A DNA stretch of 64,000 nt. It comes from Candidatus Bathyarchaeota archaeon. GTDB taxonomy: Archaea > Thermoproteota > Bathyarchaeia > Bathyarchaeales > Bathycorpusculaceae. The first letter of the stretch is position 1. Every line of letters begins with the position of its first letter. The DNA lies in assembly GCA_963780185.1 (NCBI GenBank), contig CAWABA010000003.1:1-64000 (forward strand), given 5' to 3'. The notes beneath the pieces are model-generated. The model searched no databases. It saw only the letters and a program-made list of their open reading frames with translations, and was not told the origin of the DNA. Position numbers and translations under genes: made by a program. Of this stretch, positions 29,714 through 40,759 are shown in pieces.

Positions 29714-31902
29714 TGCTCTTTCCTCCTGATTGCTTGGTTGGGGCAGACGGCTTCGCAGACGCCGCATCCGTAGCAGAGCGACGCGTCAACCGCGACTTTG
29801 CCGTTTGCTTTCTGGATGGCTGGGCAACCGAAGGCTTTGGTGCAGACTTCGCAGTCATTACATTTCTCCGTGACTTCTCTGGGGTTGCCTCGTTCAACCA
29901 GAAGCGGACAGGCTCGCTGAGAAATGACGACTGAGGGACCATCATAATCGATAATTTTCCTAAGCGCGGAAATGGTGCCGTCTATGTCGTAGGGGTCAAC
30001 AACAACCACTTTGTCCACTCCGAGACCCCGAACAACATCCACCAGCTTCAGAATTTTGGCGTCCGTGCCCATCGCGGTTTTTCCCGTTTCAGGCGTCGGC
30101 TGATGCCCAGTCATCGCAACCGTCGTGTTATCCATAATGACCACGCAAACATCAGCCCGATTCCACACCAGATTCATCAAGCCGGGCATGCCAGCATGGA
30201 AAAACGTTGAGTCACCGATAACCGAGAAAACCTTGTCTTTAACGCCAGCATGAACCATGCCTGCAGCCTGCGAAATCCCAGCGCCCATGCAAAGGCAAGA
30301 TTGAACCGTGTTGATAGGCGGCAAGACGCCAAGGGTGTAGCAGCCGATGTCGCCTGTGACGATTTTGTCGTTTGATTTTCCCGACAAACTCAGAGCGCCT
30401 TCGGGGCAAAGGGGGATGCATTTGGGGTCTCCGCCGCAGGTGTCGCATATCATGGCTTTGCGGGTAGCGGGGTTTAGCGTTACGGCGCCGAACTTGCAGG
30501 CTTCTATGCACCAGTCGCAGCCCTTGCACTTATCCATATCAACCAGAATCGCGCCTGTTTGGCTTGAACGTGTCAACGCTTTTTCGGGGCAAGCCGTGGT
30601 GCAGGGGGCTTCAATGCAGGCTTTGCAGGTTATCGCTGTGTTGAAGATTTGGCCAAGCCGCACTGAGCGAATCCGCGATTTAAGCGGGTTAAAAACATGT
30701 TCCTTCTCGAAGGAGCAAGCGTATTCGCAGATGTCGCAGCCGACGCATTTGTCGTTGTCGCAGTTAACGTATTGGTTCACCATGTTCAACGAGTAGTAGA
30801 ATGCTCGGTGGGGGCAGCCGGGGCACAGGTTTGGCGGTCTAGGCTGCAAATCCAAAACCTCGGGGGCTTGCGCTTTCTCCGTTAGCTTTAGGCTTGCGAA
30901 GGCTTGGCGTACATTGTCGGGTGTTAACTCGCCGATTTCCTCCAAGCCCAATTGAGTTTTTCCTAGGGCTTGCAGACCCAGCCGCTGAATGTTTTCTTCC
31001 AAGTAGGGCCGTAGCTCTTCGATTACTATGATTTTTTTTACTTTAAGCGCAAATCTTTGAACAATCTCATGGGGAAAAGGATGCACAAAACCCAGCTTCA
31101 GCCACGAAAACTTTTTGGTGTCAAGCACTGAGCGGGCATAGTAGTAGCCTACGCCGCTGCCGATGATTCCGACGTCGCTGCCGTTGTCTTCAATCACGTT
31201 GAATTTTGAGTGGTTAACAAAAGTTTTTGTTTCCGCCAACTTCACCTCTAAAACACGGTGCTGCCGAATGGCGTTAGAGGGAACCATCACCCATTTTGAA
31301 CCTTGCTTATCAAAATCAGCTCTGCGGCTCAACTTATGCAGACGACCCAGTTTTACCCGAGCCTTCCCATGAGCAACCCTCGTTGTTAAACGCAAAATGA
31401 TGGGCAAATGCAGGCTTTCACTTATTTCAAACGCCTCTCGAGCCATATCCAAGGCTTCCTGCGGGTTACCTGCATCCAGCAGAGGCAACTTGGAGTGAAC
31501 CGCAAAGTACCGCGTGTCCTGCTCGTTTTGGCTACTATGCAACGCAGGGTCGTCGCACACCGCAATCACCATTCCGCCTTCAACGCCAGTGTAAGCCAAC
31601 GTCATAGCGGCGTCTGCAGCGACATTTAAGCCGACATGTTTCATAGAAACAATGGAGCGCACGCCAGCCATCGAAGCGCCCGCAGCTACCTCGGTGGCGA
31701 CGATTTCGTTTAGGCTCCACTCTGCGTAGATGCCGAATTCTTTTGAGGCTTCAGCGAGGGTTTCCAAAATTTCTGTGGCGGGTGTTCCAGGGTAGGAAGC
31801 AGCTACTTTGACGGCGGCTTCAATTGCGCCTCTTGCAACTGCTTCATCGCCGTTAAGCAAGGCAAAACTGCCCGGCTTATCTGCAGCAATTTTGGAAGTC
31901 AT
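29710..31902 (-). CDS. iorA: Indolepyruvate:ferredoxin oxidoreductase alpha subunit with inserted four-cluster ferredoxin
   Basis: YPGTP, MKHVGLNVA, SSQNEQD, CPGCPHR, GDIGCY, GDSTFFH, TGHQP, C-terminal 2x4Fe-4S; extra 16-Cys domain at about 30367-30780. Confidence 0.92.
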   Translation of the reverse strand: MTSKIAADKPGSFALLNGDEAVARGAIEAAVKVAASYPGTPATEILETLAEASKEFGIYAEWSLNEIVATEVAAGASMAGVRSIVSMKHVGLNVAADAAMTLAYTGVEGGMVIAVCDDPALHSSQNEQDTRYFAVHSKLPLLDAGNPQEALDMAREAFEISESLHLPIILRLTTRVAHGKARVKLGRLHKLSRRADFDKQGSKWVMVPSNAIRQHRVLEVKLAETKTFVNHSKFNVIEDNGSDVGIIGSGVGYYYARSVLDTKKFSWLKLGFVHPFPHEIVQRFALKVKKIIVIEELRPYLEENIQRLGLQALGKTQLGLEEIGELTPDNVRQAFASLKLTEKAQAPEVLDLQPRPPNLCPGCPHRAFYYSLNMVNQYVNCDNDKCVGCDICEYACSFEKEHVFNPLKSRIRSVRLGQIFNTAITCKACIEAPCTTACPEKALTRSSQTGAILVDMDKCKGCDWCIEACKFGAVTLNPATRKAMICDTCGGDPKCIPLCPEGALSLSGKSNDKIVTGDIGCYTLGVLPPINTVQSCLCMGAGISQAAGMVHAGVKDKVFSVIGDSTFFHAGMPGLMNLVWNRADVCVVIMDNTTVAMTGHQPTPETGKTAMGTDAKILKLVDVVRGLGVDKVVVVDPYDIDGTISALRKIIDYDGPSVVISQRACPLLVERGNPREVTEKCNDCEVCTKAFGCPAIQKANGKVAVDASLCYGCGVCEAVCPNQAIRRKEQ

Positions 31903-31914
31903 AGGTTTAGTCCA

Positions 31915-33234
31915 CTACATTTTGCCTTTGCGTAAGTCCAGAACTCTCTTTGCTTTTCCTTCAGTTCGCGGAAGCTCACCCGGCTTCACAATTTCCACGT
32001 CAGCCGAAATGCCGGTTACGATGTGGATTTGTTTGGATATGCCGTTTTTCAGCGCGGTCACATCGACTTTCGGGTCTTTAGCGGCTTTGTCAGATAATTC
32101 AACCTTAACCACAAACGTGTCCAAAGCGCCTGGTCTATCGACGACAATCAGGTATTGAGCGGCAAGTTCCGAGAAACACATAACCGCGTACTCAACCTGC
32201 GATGGAAACACGTTTACTCCACGAATAATGAGCATGTCATCTGACCTGCCGGTAACCCGCATCATCCTGGCGTGCGTGCGTCCGCAGCCGCAGGTTTCGG
32301 TTTCTATTTTGGAGATGTCTCGGGTTCTGTAGCGGAGCATCGGAAGCCCACGCTTAGTCAAGCCGGTGAAGACTATTTCGCCTTCTTCGCCTGGAGGCAG
32401 AACCTCGCCTGTGTCAGGGTCGATTGTCTCAACGATGAAGTGGTCTTCCCAAACATGCAAGCCCTTATGCTCGGCGCATTCAACTGCGACGCCTGGACCG
32501 CAAAGCTCAGTTAATCCGTAAACGTCAAAAGCCGTGATGCCTAAGTCGCTCTCGATTCGCTCCCTAATCTTGTCTGACCACGGCTCCGCCCCAAACATGC
32601 CCAGCCTGAGTTTAAGGTCTTTTCTTGGGTCTACGCCTTCCTGAGCCATGGTTTCAGCCAAGTAAACCGCGAAGCTCGGGGTACAAGCCAGAATTGTGAC
32701 GCCTAAATCTTTCATAAGCTTGATTTGGCGCTGAGTCATTCCGCCGCTTGCAGGAACTATTTTTGCTCCGAGTTTTTGGGCGCCGTAATGGAAGCCTAAG
32801 CCGCCGGTGAATAAGCCGTAGCCGTAGGCGATGTGTATGGTGTCTTGGCGTCTTCCGCCTGCAGTGTAAATGGACCTTGCCATCAACTCCTGCCAAATAG
32901 CCATGTCGTTTTGAGTGTAGAGTCCAACGATGGGGTTTCCCGTTGTGCCGCTGGAGGCATGGATTTCCACTATCTCGTCGGATTTTGCGGCAACCATCCC
33001 GAAGGGGTAGTTTTCTTTCAGATCGTTTTTTATGGTGAAAGGAATCTTTGTGAGGTCGTCAAGTGAACGGATACTGTCAGGTTTCAACCCGACGCCGTCA
33101 AATTTTTTCTTGTAAAAAGCACTATTTTCGTAACAATATTTCACCAGCCCTTTTAGTTCTTTTAGCTGGTGTTGTTTCAGTTCCTTAGCAGGCATGGTTT
33201 CGATTTTCTTGTTCCAGTATGTTGCGTCTACCAT
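31915..33234 (-). CDS. paaK: Phenylacetate--CoA ligase family protein
   Basis: HASSGTTGNP, YGYGLFTGGLG, GAEPWS, YGLTE, RYRTRD, GRSDDMLIIRGVNVFPSQ, EGKAKRV. Confidence 0.92.
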   Translation of the reverse strand: MVDATYWNKKIETMPAKELKQHQLKELKGLVKYCYENSAFYKKKFDGVGLKPDSIRSLDDLTKIPFTIKNDLKENYPFGMVAAKSDEIVEIHASSGTTGNPIVGLYTQNDMAIWQELMARSIYTAGGRRQDTIHIAYGYGLFTGGLGFHYGAQKLGAKIVPASGGMTQRQIKLMKDLGVTILACTPSFAVYLAETMAQEGVDPRKDLKLRLGMFGAEPWSDKIRERIESDLGITAFDVYGLTELCGPGVAVECAEHKGLHVWEDHFIVETIDPDTGEVLPPGEEGEIVFTGLTKRGLPMLRYRTRDISKIETETCGCGRTHARMMRVTGRSDDMLIIRGVNVFPSQVEYAVMCFSELAAQYLIVVDRPGALDTFVVKVELSDKAAKDPKVDVTALKNGISKQIHIVTGISADVEIVKPGELPRTEGKAKRVLDLRKGKM

Positions 33235-33660
33235 ATTTGCGCCCCTCTCTTTAGAGCCGTCAGATAACATTCTCTTATGCGTCTATTAGATAAAAGTTCC
33301 CAATTTAGCCGCCTTTCACGGCATTTTTACGTATGGGAAACCCGGCTGCGGGCAAAAAGTCTGGGTGCAAAAAAGTTGTTACTTTTGGCTTATAGTTGCT
33401 GCAGAATTTGTGATGCCTCCTGTGAGATGGAAAAAGCTGTTTTTGGGTTTTTGGTTAAAAAAACATTTTTAATTTGCTGGCTTGACAGGCGTGCTCTTAC
33501 CTGAGGACGGGGTTTGCTGAGGCGGGCGCATTTCGAAGGAAGAAAAGAGAAAAATGCAAACTAACTGTGAGAATGTATCCGTCGTCTTCTCAGCCCGTGG
33601 TCTTCTTGCCGTTTGCGATTCAGATACAAAAAAAGGGAAAAAATGGTTGTGTGTGTTTGT

Positions 33661-36606
33661 TTATGGTTTTTTCCTGAGCATCAGAACAACTGCGACGGCG
33701 AGTGCGATGATTACCGCGATGGCTGAGCCAAGGGTGTAGGTCATTAGGTCTGAGGTCGTGGCGACATTGTTCATCGGTGTAGCGGTGGGTGTTACCGATA
33801 CCGCATTTTGGATTGTCATGCCTGTTTGCGCTGAGGATCCCCAGTAAGCGTTGGTGCCTCCGAATGTGGCGGTGATTAGATAGTTGCCAGGAATGCTTGG
33901 AGGCGCCCACGTGTAAGTGTATATGCCAGTGTCTGTTGTGTTTGCATCGCCTATGTGGATCAGGTTGTTGTTAGGGTCGATTGCGTCTATGGAGACAGTT
34001 ACGCCTTGGAAGCTTGTGGGTTTAGCTTGCTGCTGGTAAACGTAGCCCATCCAGCCTTGCATTATTGAATCCGCTGCACATGGCACTCCGTTGGGGAAGT
34101 CCGATGCCTGCTGATCCTGTTTTGTGCCGGCTGAAATATCCAACACCGTGCCTTGAATTACGACGTTGGTTCCTGCAATAACAGAAGTCTGAGGTGCCTG
34201 CACTGTTGCGGCGCTTGGTCCTCTGCCAATGCTGTAGATTTGGTTGTTGTAGCCGTTCATGGTCGCCACGTAGCCGTTTGCAGTTGCCCATGAATAGCCG
34301 CTGGTGGGTGACCACTCGCTCGGGTAACCTGAAAGCGACCATATCAGTTTTCCAGTGGTAGCGTTGACGGCCTGATAGGTTGCGCCCTTGTAAAGCGGAT
34401 CGGGGATTGTGTGTTCGGTTGTGGCTATGTAAACAACGCCATTGGAAATGGATTGTATGAAGGTTGGATAATCGCCGTAAGAAGTGTTGAAGCCAGCGTA
34501 GGTACTGTTGCCTGTGCCTCCGTTTCCGTAGGTCCACGTCAGAGTTCCAGTTAAATCGTTGCGGCAGTAGAGTACTCCTCCGAAGCAGCAGTCGTAGAGA
34601 TTGCCGTAAGCCATTTGACCGGCGTATCCGTTTGGTGTTTCATAGTAGTCGAAGGGTACTTCTGTTGCAGTTGGACCCCATAGAGAATTGCCGTTATCCA
34701 GATTGAATCCTACCCATTGCATGGTTTCGTGGTAATAGGCAGTGAAGGCGCGTGTTTGGAAGTCGACTGCGCCCCATTCTATAGTGAGGTTGCCTGCTGG
34801 CGGGTCATAGGTCTTCATCCAAAGTATTAAACCGATTGCGCCTTTAGACGCGTTGAGGTTGACAGCGAACATCGTGAATGGAAGCTGCGGATAGCCATTG
34901 CCGTTTCCCGCAAAGCCTGAGGGTAAGGAGCCGTTTCTGCAGAGCATAATGTCGCCGTAGTCGGCTGCAATTATTGTTGCAGGGTTTGTTCCCGCTGCCG
35001 GTGTGGTATATTGACCTGTTACGCTGTTGTACGTGGGTTGTAAGGGCATGCTGTTTAGCCATGACGCGGATACGTTCCAGTCATAAGTTGTCAGAGAACC
35101 GCTGTTGATTTTAGCGATTGAAGTGGTTGTTGACCCAGGGGCAAGTGCATTGGAGTTCAGTGGAATGTTGCCGTTGACGGTAATCGGTGACCCATATAGG
35201 ACTACGCTGCTGGTACCGGAGGGTGCGCCTGGCGGTAGAGTTCCAGTTTCACCTGCAAGCGGAATTGGAATTGTCGGAATTAAGAGTCCATTGGAGCCAT
35301 TTATTATTGACGGTGATAAACTTCCGCCGCCTGTGTACGGGTTAGTGTCGTATTGCCACAGTTTAGAAGAGTTCCACTCGGCTAAGATACCAGTTTGGGT
35401 TTGAAGCTGTGCCAGCATTATTGAAGACGAATCTTAGTTGTTCACCGCTTGGACCCGCTGCGGATGTTCCTGTCGGGACGCCTGTTACGTTGAAAAGCGG
35501 CAGTCCTGTGTATGCGTCGAAGGCGCGTGCGAAGTTGGCTGTGAAAAGTATTGGTGCAAAAGTGCCGTGTTGGTCAGGGTCCCAAAGGTTGTAGATGTAG
35601 CCGAATGAGATTGGTGGTATAGTTGAGAAGAAGACCAGAGCACTTTCCCTGTCTGCAAGTTAACGCAAACTTCTGGGCCGCTGTTCGGTCCTGTGTAGGA
35701 CACAGGTTGTGTGTAGTAGAGGTATCCGTCGATTATTATGGGGTTAACGAACCTTGGCTGATATGCCGTACCCTCGAAATAGGACACTCCGTAAGCCGCA
35801 CCGCTAGGGTCGGAACCTCCTGCGGGGTACATGTTTCCACCCACAACTCCACCAAATTGGAGTTGGCTTGTCCACATGATGTGCCCAGTTAGAGGTCCTA
35901 CGGCGTCGGGATGGTAATATGCACAGCTTGTGTAGCCTCCCAGAATTGGCGATCCTGAACCAAGCCAATTTGAAGCCAAGGTATACCAATTGGAGTTTTC
36001 GCCGTAAATCGGGGTTTCCCAGTAAGCAATTGGTAGCGGTTCGCTAGTTGTAGCTGGAGGAATTGGTGTTTGCTGAACAGTGAGGGTTGTTGATGCAGTG
36101 CTCGGCAGGTAAGTGTCGCCCATCAACGATGATTGGGCGTAGCCGTTGCCGTTCGCTCCGTAAACTTGTCCTTGATAAGTAAAGTTAAGATTGTAAGTGC
36201 CAGTCATTGAAGGAGTGAAGGCGTAGAGTTGTGATGATGTTGAGTCTGTGATAATAGGCCAGGTTTGAGACGTAACTTTTCCGTCAGGGTCAGTAATGGT
36301 GAGCTGATAGTTGTGGAATCTGTAGTTGTTTGACATTAAAGCTGTGCTCGCTGTTGTACCGTTTGTCCCTACTGCCGCGGTTGAACCGCCGGCGGCGCCG
36401 TAAACGCAGTCAAGCCACATGTAAATGATCATTGATTGGCCGACACCGATGGGGTTAGGTTCTGCATTGATGTACGCGTATGTCGGAATACTCCATGTAG
36501 GCGAATGTGCGCAAGCATTTGGGAATAGCGTCATCGAAAATGTCAATGAAAGCATAAAGGATAAAACAATCATTATAGCTGCTATCTTTTTTTTATTATT
36601 TTTCAA
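33661..36606 (-). CDS. Large exported PQQ-like beta-propeller surface protein (two compensating frameshifts near 35620 and 35383)
   Basis: Signal peptide, PNPIGVGQ, YWETPIYGEN, HIMWT, IIIDGYLYY, GKLIW, GRGPSA, QGTVLDISAG, DPNNN, C-terminal TM + RKKP. The segment between the two ORF-track pieces reads open in another frame. Confidence 0.8.
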
Positions 36607-36676
36607 TTGCTTTTTCTCCTTTTTTTATGGCTCCCGTGTTGTCTGCGAAGAAATTTAAGCACTTGTAAGGAGCGCA

Positions 36677-36696
36677 TCTTCCAACATGATGGAAGA
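36677..36696. promoter_or_regulatory. Near-perfect 20-bp palindrome TCTTCCAACATGATGGAAGA, candidate TrmB site
   Basis: Lies between the divergent surface-protein and TrmB genes, flanked by AGGAGCG direct repeats. Confidence 0.55.
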
Positions 36697-36770
36697 AACA
36701 GGAGCGATTTGAGAAAAATCTTTAAACCTTCACCAGCTTTACAGAGCAAACTGGTGTTGAGACGGTTCAA

Positions 36771-37602
36771 TTGATTCATGACAATGAATACATTCAACGG
36801 CTAATGGATTTGGGATTAACATTACTTCAGGCCAAAATCTACCTGAGTCTCAGCGAGTTCGAGAAAGCAGAAATAAGAAAAATGTCAAAAGCTTCAAACG
36901 TAGCACGAACAGACATATACCGGTTAATGCCCGAACTGGAAAAACTGGGGTTGGCAGAAAAAATAATAGCGTCACCCACCAGCTACAGAGCAACCCCGCT
37001 AAACGAAGGCTTTTCAATTCTGCTTGAAAACAAAAAAAAAGGAATACTCAGAAATAGAAACAAAAACCAACTTGCTTCTCAATAAATATCCGAGCAATGC
37101 AGTAGATGATCTGCAGGATGATTCGCAGTTCATAATCACTTCCGAAAGAAAGCTTCTTTCTAGATCGCACAAGAAGGAAATCCAGATTGCTCAAACAAGT
37201 ATAGACCTTATGGTCTCATCAGCAAGAGCTAATGCGATGGTGTTTTTTGACCATCTTGCGAACCTTGAAAGAGCGATGAAAAATGGAGTAAAAATTCGTT
37301 TGGTCACACCGGAAGCTGATGCACTTTTCTCTGGAGAGCTTGATGCATTAGCAAAGAATCCTATGTTTGATTTTAGATTTTCGTCTAATCCTGAAATTTC
37401 TGGAATGTTCATTTTCGATAAGAAAGTAATGACTCTACGCATGTCTGAAACCGATCGCGTACCCAGTTTATGGTCAAATAATCGCTATGTCCTAAGGTTG
37501 GCTCAATCTTTTTTTGACAACATCTGGAACACGGCAAGAAACCAAGACGAATTTGAGATGGAAAAAGCCTATCATGATTATGTTTCCCAGAAACATTCAT
37601 AG
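36771..37602 (+). CDS. TrmB family transcriptional regulator (frameshift in poly-A near 37032-37040)
   Basis: LGLTLLQAKIYL, VARTDIYR..LEKLGL HTH; PLD-like C-terminal domain IFDKK, LWSNN, FFDNIW. Confidence 0.85.
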
Positions 37603-37783
37603 CCAGAACCCCTTCGATGTTAAAACAAAAAAGAATAATGGGAAAGTGCGGCGCGGGGTGAATTCCACCACCAAGCAGGCTTGTAGATAAAATTCCCCAC
37701 TTCCGCCTTATAACATGATTCATACAAAAACCGAAAATCAACGCTTGCTTCGCTAGAAAACTAAACCAAAAGAGGCTGGTTAG

Positions 37784-38446
37784 TTAAACTCCCTGCCCAC
37801 GCGACATTCTGCGCGTTATGAGCTTGATTTGCCGCTGCAAAGTAAGCGTGAACGGGATAGGCTGCCCAAAAGGCTCACATTGCCCCTTCAGAATCGCCGC
37901 AACAATCGCGTCAACGGTGGGTTCGGAATCAATAGCTGTGTACCCGTAGCCGATTGTTGGACCATAATGAGCGTCTGTTCCCCCCGTCTGGGGGAGCTTG
38001 AGTTTCTGCGCTATTTCCGTTGCCTTGCGTTTGCAGCGACCAAACGGGAAAGCGTTAGCGTTCAAAGTTTCTACAGCGTCAAATTTCGCCTCCTCCACAT
38101 GGCTTGCCAGGCTGCCTTTGAACCATGCGTAGGGGTGAACGGCAATGGCTATTCCGCCTGCCCGATGGATTCGATCAACCGTTTCCCCAGCGGTTAAGCC
38201 TCGGGGAATCAACTCTTTGAGGTTCAATGCAACTATGTGTCCGTCTGCGCTTGAAACTTCCATGCCTGGAATTACGAGAAAGTCGGCTTCTTTAGCAATT
38301 TTTAGGCTGCCTTCAATCTGGTTATGGTCGGTCACAGCGACGGCGTTCAACCCGCGTTTTTTGGCGTAGTAAACGAGGTCTTTGGGGGTTATCAGCGAGT
38401 CTTTTGAGTAGTTACTGTGAACGTGAAGGTCAGCGTTGACTCGCAT
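37784..38446 (-). CDS. PHP domain metallo-hydrolase
   Basis: DLHVHS, AVTDHN, PGMEV, GHI, VHP, GGTDAH. Confidence 0.9.
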   Translation of the reverse strand: MRVNADLHVHSNYSKDSLITPKDLVYYAKKRGLNAVAVTDHNQIEGSLKIAKEADFLVIPGMEVSSADGHIVALNLKELIPRGLTAGETVDRIHRAGGIAIAVHPYAWFKGSLASHVEEAKFDAVETLNANAFPFGRCKRKATEIAQKLKLPQTGGTDAHYGPTIGYGYTAIDSEPTVDAIVAAILKGQCEPFGQPIPFTLTLQRQIKLITRRMSRGQGV

Positions 38447-38460
38447 GGTTTAGTCTCATT

Positions 38461-40164
38461 TTATTTTGGCTTATTAGGCAGTTTCTTTCTAACCTCAGAA
38501 AGTTGCTCTTCCAACTTTGATTCGTCACCCTCAATTTTGTGGAAAAGCGGTTTTGGCTTGGCTATTTTGTGTCCCGCTTCAATGGGGTTTGTGGCGTCGC
38601 TCCAGCCGCCGCTTTTACTTACGTTTCCAGGCAGGTTGAGTGTTTGCCAAAGCTGCTCTGCCGTCTCGGGAATAAACGCCGCAGAAACCACGGTAGCGGC
38701 TTTAACCACTTGGGCGGCGACGTAGAAGATGGTTGCGGCTTTTTCTTTGTCTGTTTTCATCAGGTTCCACGGTTCTTTATCGTTGAGGTATTGGTTTCCG
38801 ATTCGGCTTATTGAAATCAGGGTGTTTGCTGCGGATTGGAGTTTTGAGGCTTCGATTTCTTGGGCGGCAGCTGCCACTTTTTCCTTGATTGCCGCAAGGA
38901 TTGCTTCGTCGTCTTTGTCAAGTTTTGTCGGCTCGGGGATTGTGGAGTCGAATTTTGAGGCGATAAAGCTTAGGGTTCGGTGGATGAAGTTGCCGAAGGT
39001 GTCGTTGAGGTCGGCGTTGATTTTGTCGATAAACGCGGTCCAGGTGAAGTTGGTGTCTTTGCTTTCGGGACGGGTCGCGATGAGGAAGAAACGCCAGTAA
39101 TCTGCGGGGAACATTTCTAAAGCTTCGTCGATCCAGATGCCGACGCGTTGGCTTTTTGAGGCTTTTTGCCCCTTGAACTGGAGGAATTCTGTGGCAGAAA
39201 CGTTCCATGGCAGATTGTAGCCTTGCCCCGAAGCTAAAAGCAGCGCGGGGAGGATTATTGTGTGGAAGGGGATGTTGTCTTTTCCGACGAAATAGAGGGT
39301 TTTGGCTTGATTGTTAAACCAGAATTCACGCCACTTCTCAGGCTCACCTAGGCGTTGGCACTGCTCAATGGTTGCTGACACATAGCCTAGCACCGCGTCA
39401 ACCCAAACGTAGATGGTTTTGCCTTCTGCCCCAGCGAACGGCGCAGGGATTCCCCATTCGACGTCGCGGGTGACGGCTCGGGGTTTTAAGCCTTCGCGTA
39501 TCCAGTTTAAACTGAAGCTTTTGACGTTGCTTGGAAGCTGCTGGTTGTTTTGCAGGTAGTCTGTGAGGGGTTCGGCGAGTTTGGAGAGGTCTATGTACCA
39601 GTGCCGCGTGGTTTTCACGGTTGGCTTGTTCTTGCAGATGACACAGTACGGCTCTATCAGGTTGGTTGGCTCCAGCAGTCTGCCGCACATGTCGCATTGG
39701 TCGCCGCGGGCTTTTTCGCAGCCGCAGTATGGACATTTGCCTTCGACGAAGCGGTCAGGCAGAAAACGCTGGTCATGCTCGCAGTAAAGCATCTGGGTTT
39801 CCTGCTCGAAGATGTACCCGTTCTTTTGGATTTCAAGCAAGGTTTTCTGGACAAACTGCTTGTGAATGGGGCTCTCCGTGCTTGTGTAATTGTCAAAGGA
39901 GGCTTCCCACCGATTGAAGAGCTCGGCGACGCGGGCGTGGTTTCGGTCGGTTAACTCTTTAGGTTTGATGCCTTGTTTGATGGCTTCGACCTCGATGGGT
40001 GTGCCATGCGTGTCTGAACCGCTGACCATCAAAACATCGTCGCCTCTTAGCCTGTAGTACCGTGCTGTAACGTCGGCGGAAAGCACTGAGCCTACGAGGT
40101 TGCCCAGATGCGGCGTCACGTTGATGTATGGCCAAGCGGATGTAACTAAAACTTTTTCAGGCAA
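38461..40164 (-). CDS. metG: Methionyl-tRNA synthetase (no C-terminal tRNA-binding domain)
   Basis: TSAWPY, HLGN, GSDTHG, Zn knuckles, YVWVDA, GKDNIPFH, KASKS. Confidence 0.96.
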   Translation of the reverse strand: MPEKVLVTSAWPYINVTPHLGNLVGSVLSADVTARYYRLRGDDVLMVSGSDTHGTPIEVEAIKQGIKPKELTDRNHARVAELFNRWEASFDNYTSTESPIHKQFVQKTLLEIQKNGYIFEQETQMLYCEHDQRFLPDRFVEGKCPYCGCEKARGDQCDMCGRLLEPTNLIEPYCVICKNKPTVKTTRHWYIDLSKLAEPLTDYLQNNQQLPSNVKSFSLNWIREGLKPRAVTRDVEWGIPAPFAGAEGKTIYVWVDAVLGYVSATIEQCQRLGEPEKWREFWFNNQAKTLYFVGKDNIPFHTIILPALLLASGQGYNLPWNVSATEFLQFKGQKASKSQRVGIWIDEALEMFPADYWRFFLIATRPESKDTNFTWTAFIDKINADLNDTFGNFIHRTLSFIASKFDSTIPEPTKLDKDDEAILAAIKEKVAAAAQEIEASKLQSAANTLISISRIGNQYLNDKEPWNLMKTDKEKAATIFYVAAQVVKAATVVSAAFIPETAEQLWQTLNLPGNVSKSGGWSDATNPIEAGHKIAKPKPLFHKIEGDESKLEEQLSEVRKKLPNKPK

Positions 40165-40339
40165 ACGTAATCATCACAAGGGGTTTGGTACCGCCCTTAT
40201 TTAAAATTACTAGCCCCAATTTGGCAAGAAGAAAGCTGGGCAGGTCTGTTCTTTTTGCAGCAATCCGCAGCAAAAGTAGACTTAACCTTCACCAAGAAAT
40301 CGTCTAATGAATTCGTTGTGGACTCTTAGACAGACCTAC

Positions 40340-40720
40340 TTATTGAAGAACTGATCGCGCCGAAACTATCGGGGCAACCTGCATTCCGAGGTTGTTGTCG
40401 CCTGACAGGTTTTTGCAGATCAAGTTAAGTGAGTTTTCTGTGAAGCTCAAGACGCTTTTTCCATCGTTTGTGAGTTCGTACATTTTCCGCGGTCTTTCCG
40501 AATTCATGTTCCAGACGCTTTTCAGGTAGCCTTTTTTCTCGAGTAGTGCCAGCAGGGGGTATATGGTGCTGGGTCCGAAGTAGACGCCGTAGGTTTTGCG
40601 GATTTTGGTGATGAGTTGGTATCCGTGCATGGATTCTTTTTCTAGGTACTGGAGGATTATCATGTCTAGTAGGCCTTTGGTGAGTTTTGTTTGGGTTTCT
40701 TTTTGGTAGTTGTTGATCAT
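40340..40720 (-). CDS. PadR family transcriptional regulator
   Basis: MHGYQLI, GPSTIYPLL..LEKKG, RPRKMYELT..G. Confidence 0.92.
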   Translation of the reverse strand: MINNYQKETQTKLTKGLLDMIILQYLEKESMHGYQLITKIRKTYGVYFGPSTIYPLLALLEKKGYLKSVWNMNSERPRKMYELTNDGKSVLSFTENSLNLICKNLSGDNNLGMQVAPIVSARSVLQ

Positions 40721-40759
40721 TTTTGTTTTTTCTCCTGTTGTTGTGTCGTACAGATGTAC

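Noticed and set aside
37640-37708. Possible structured RNA (GGGGTGAATT...AATTCCCC) between convergent genes
   Set aside because: Short imperfect pairing with no family motif; at most a terminator-like hairpin.
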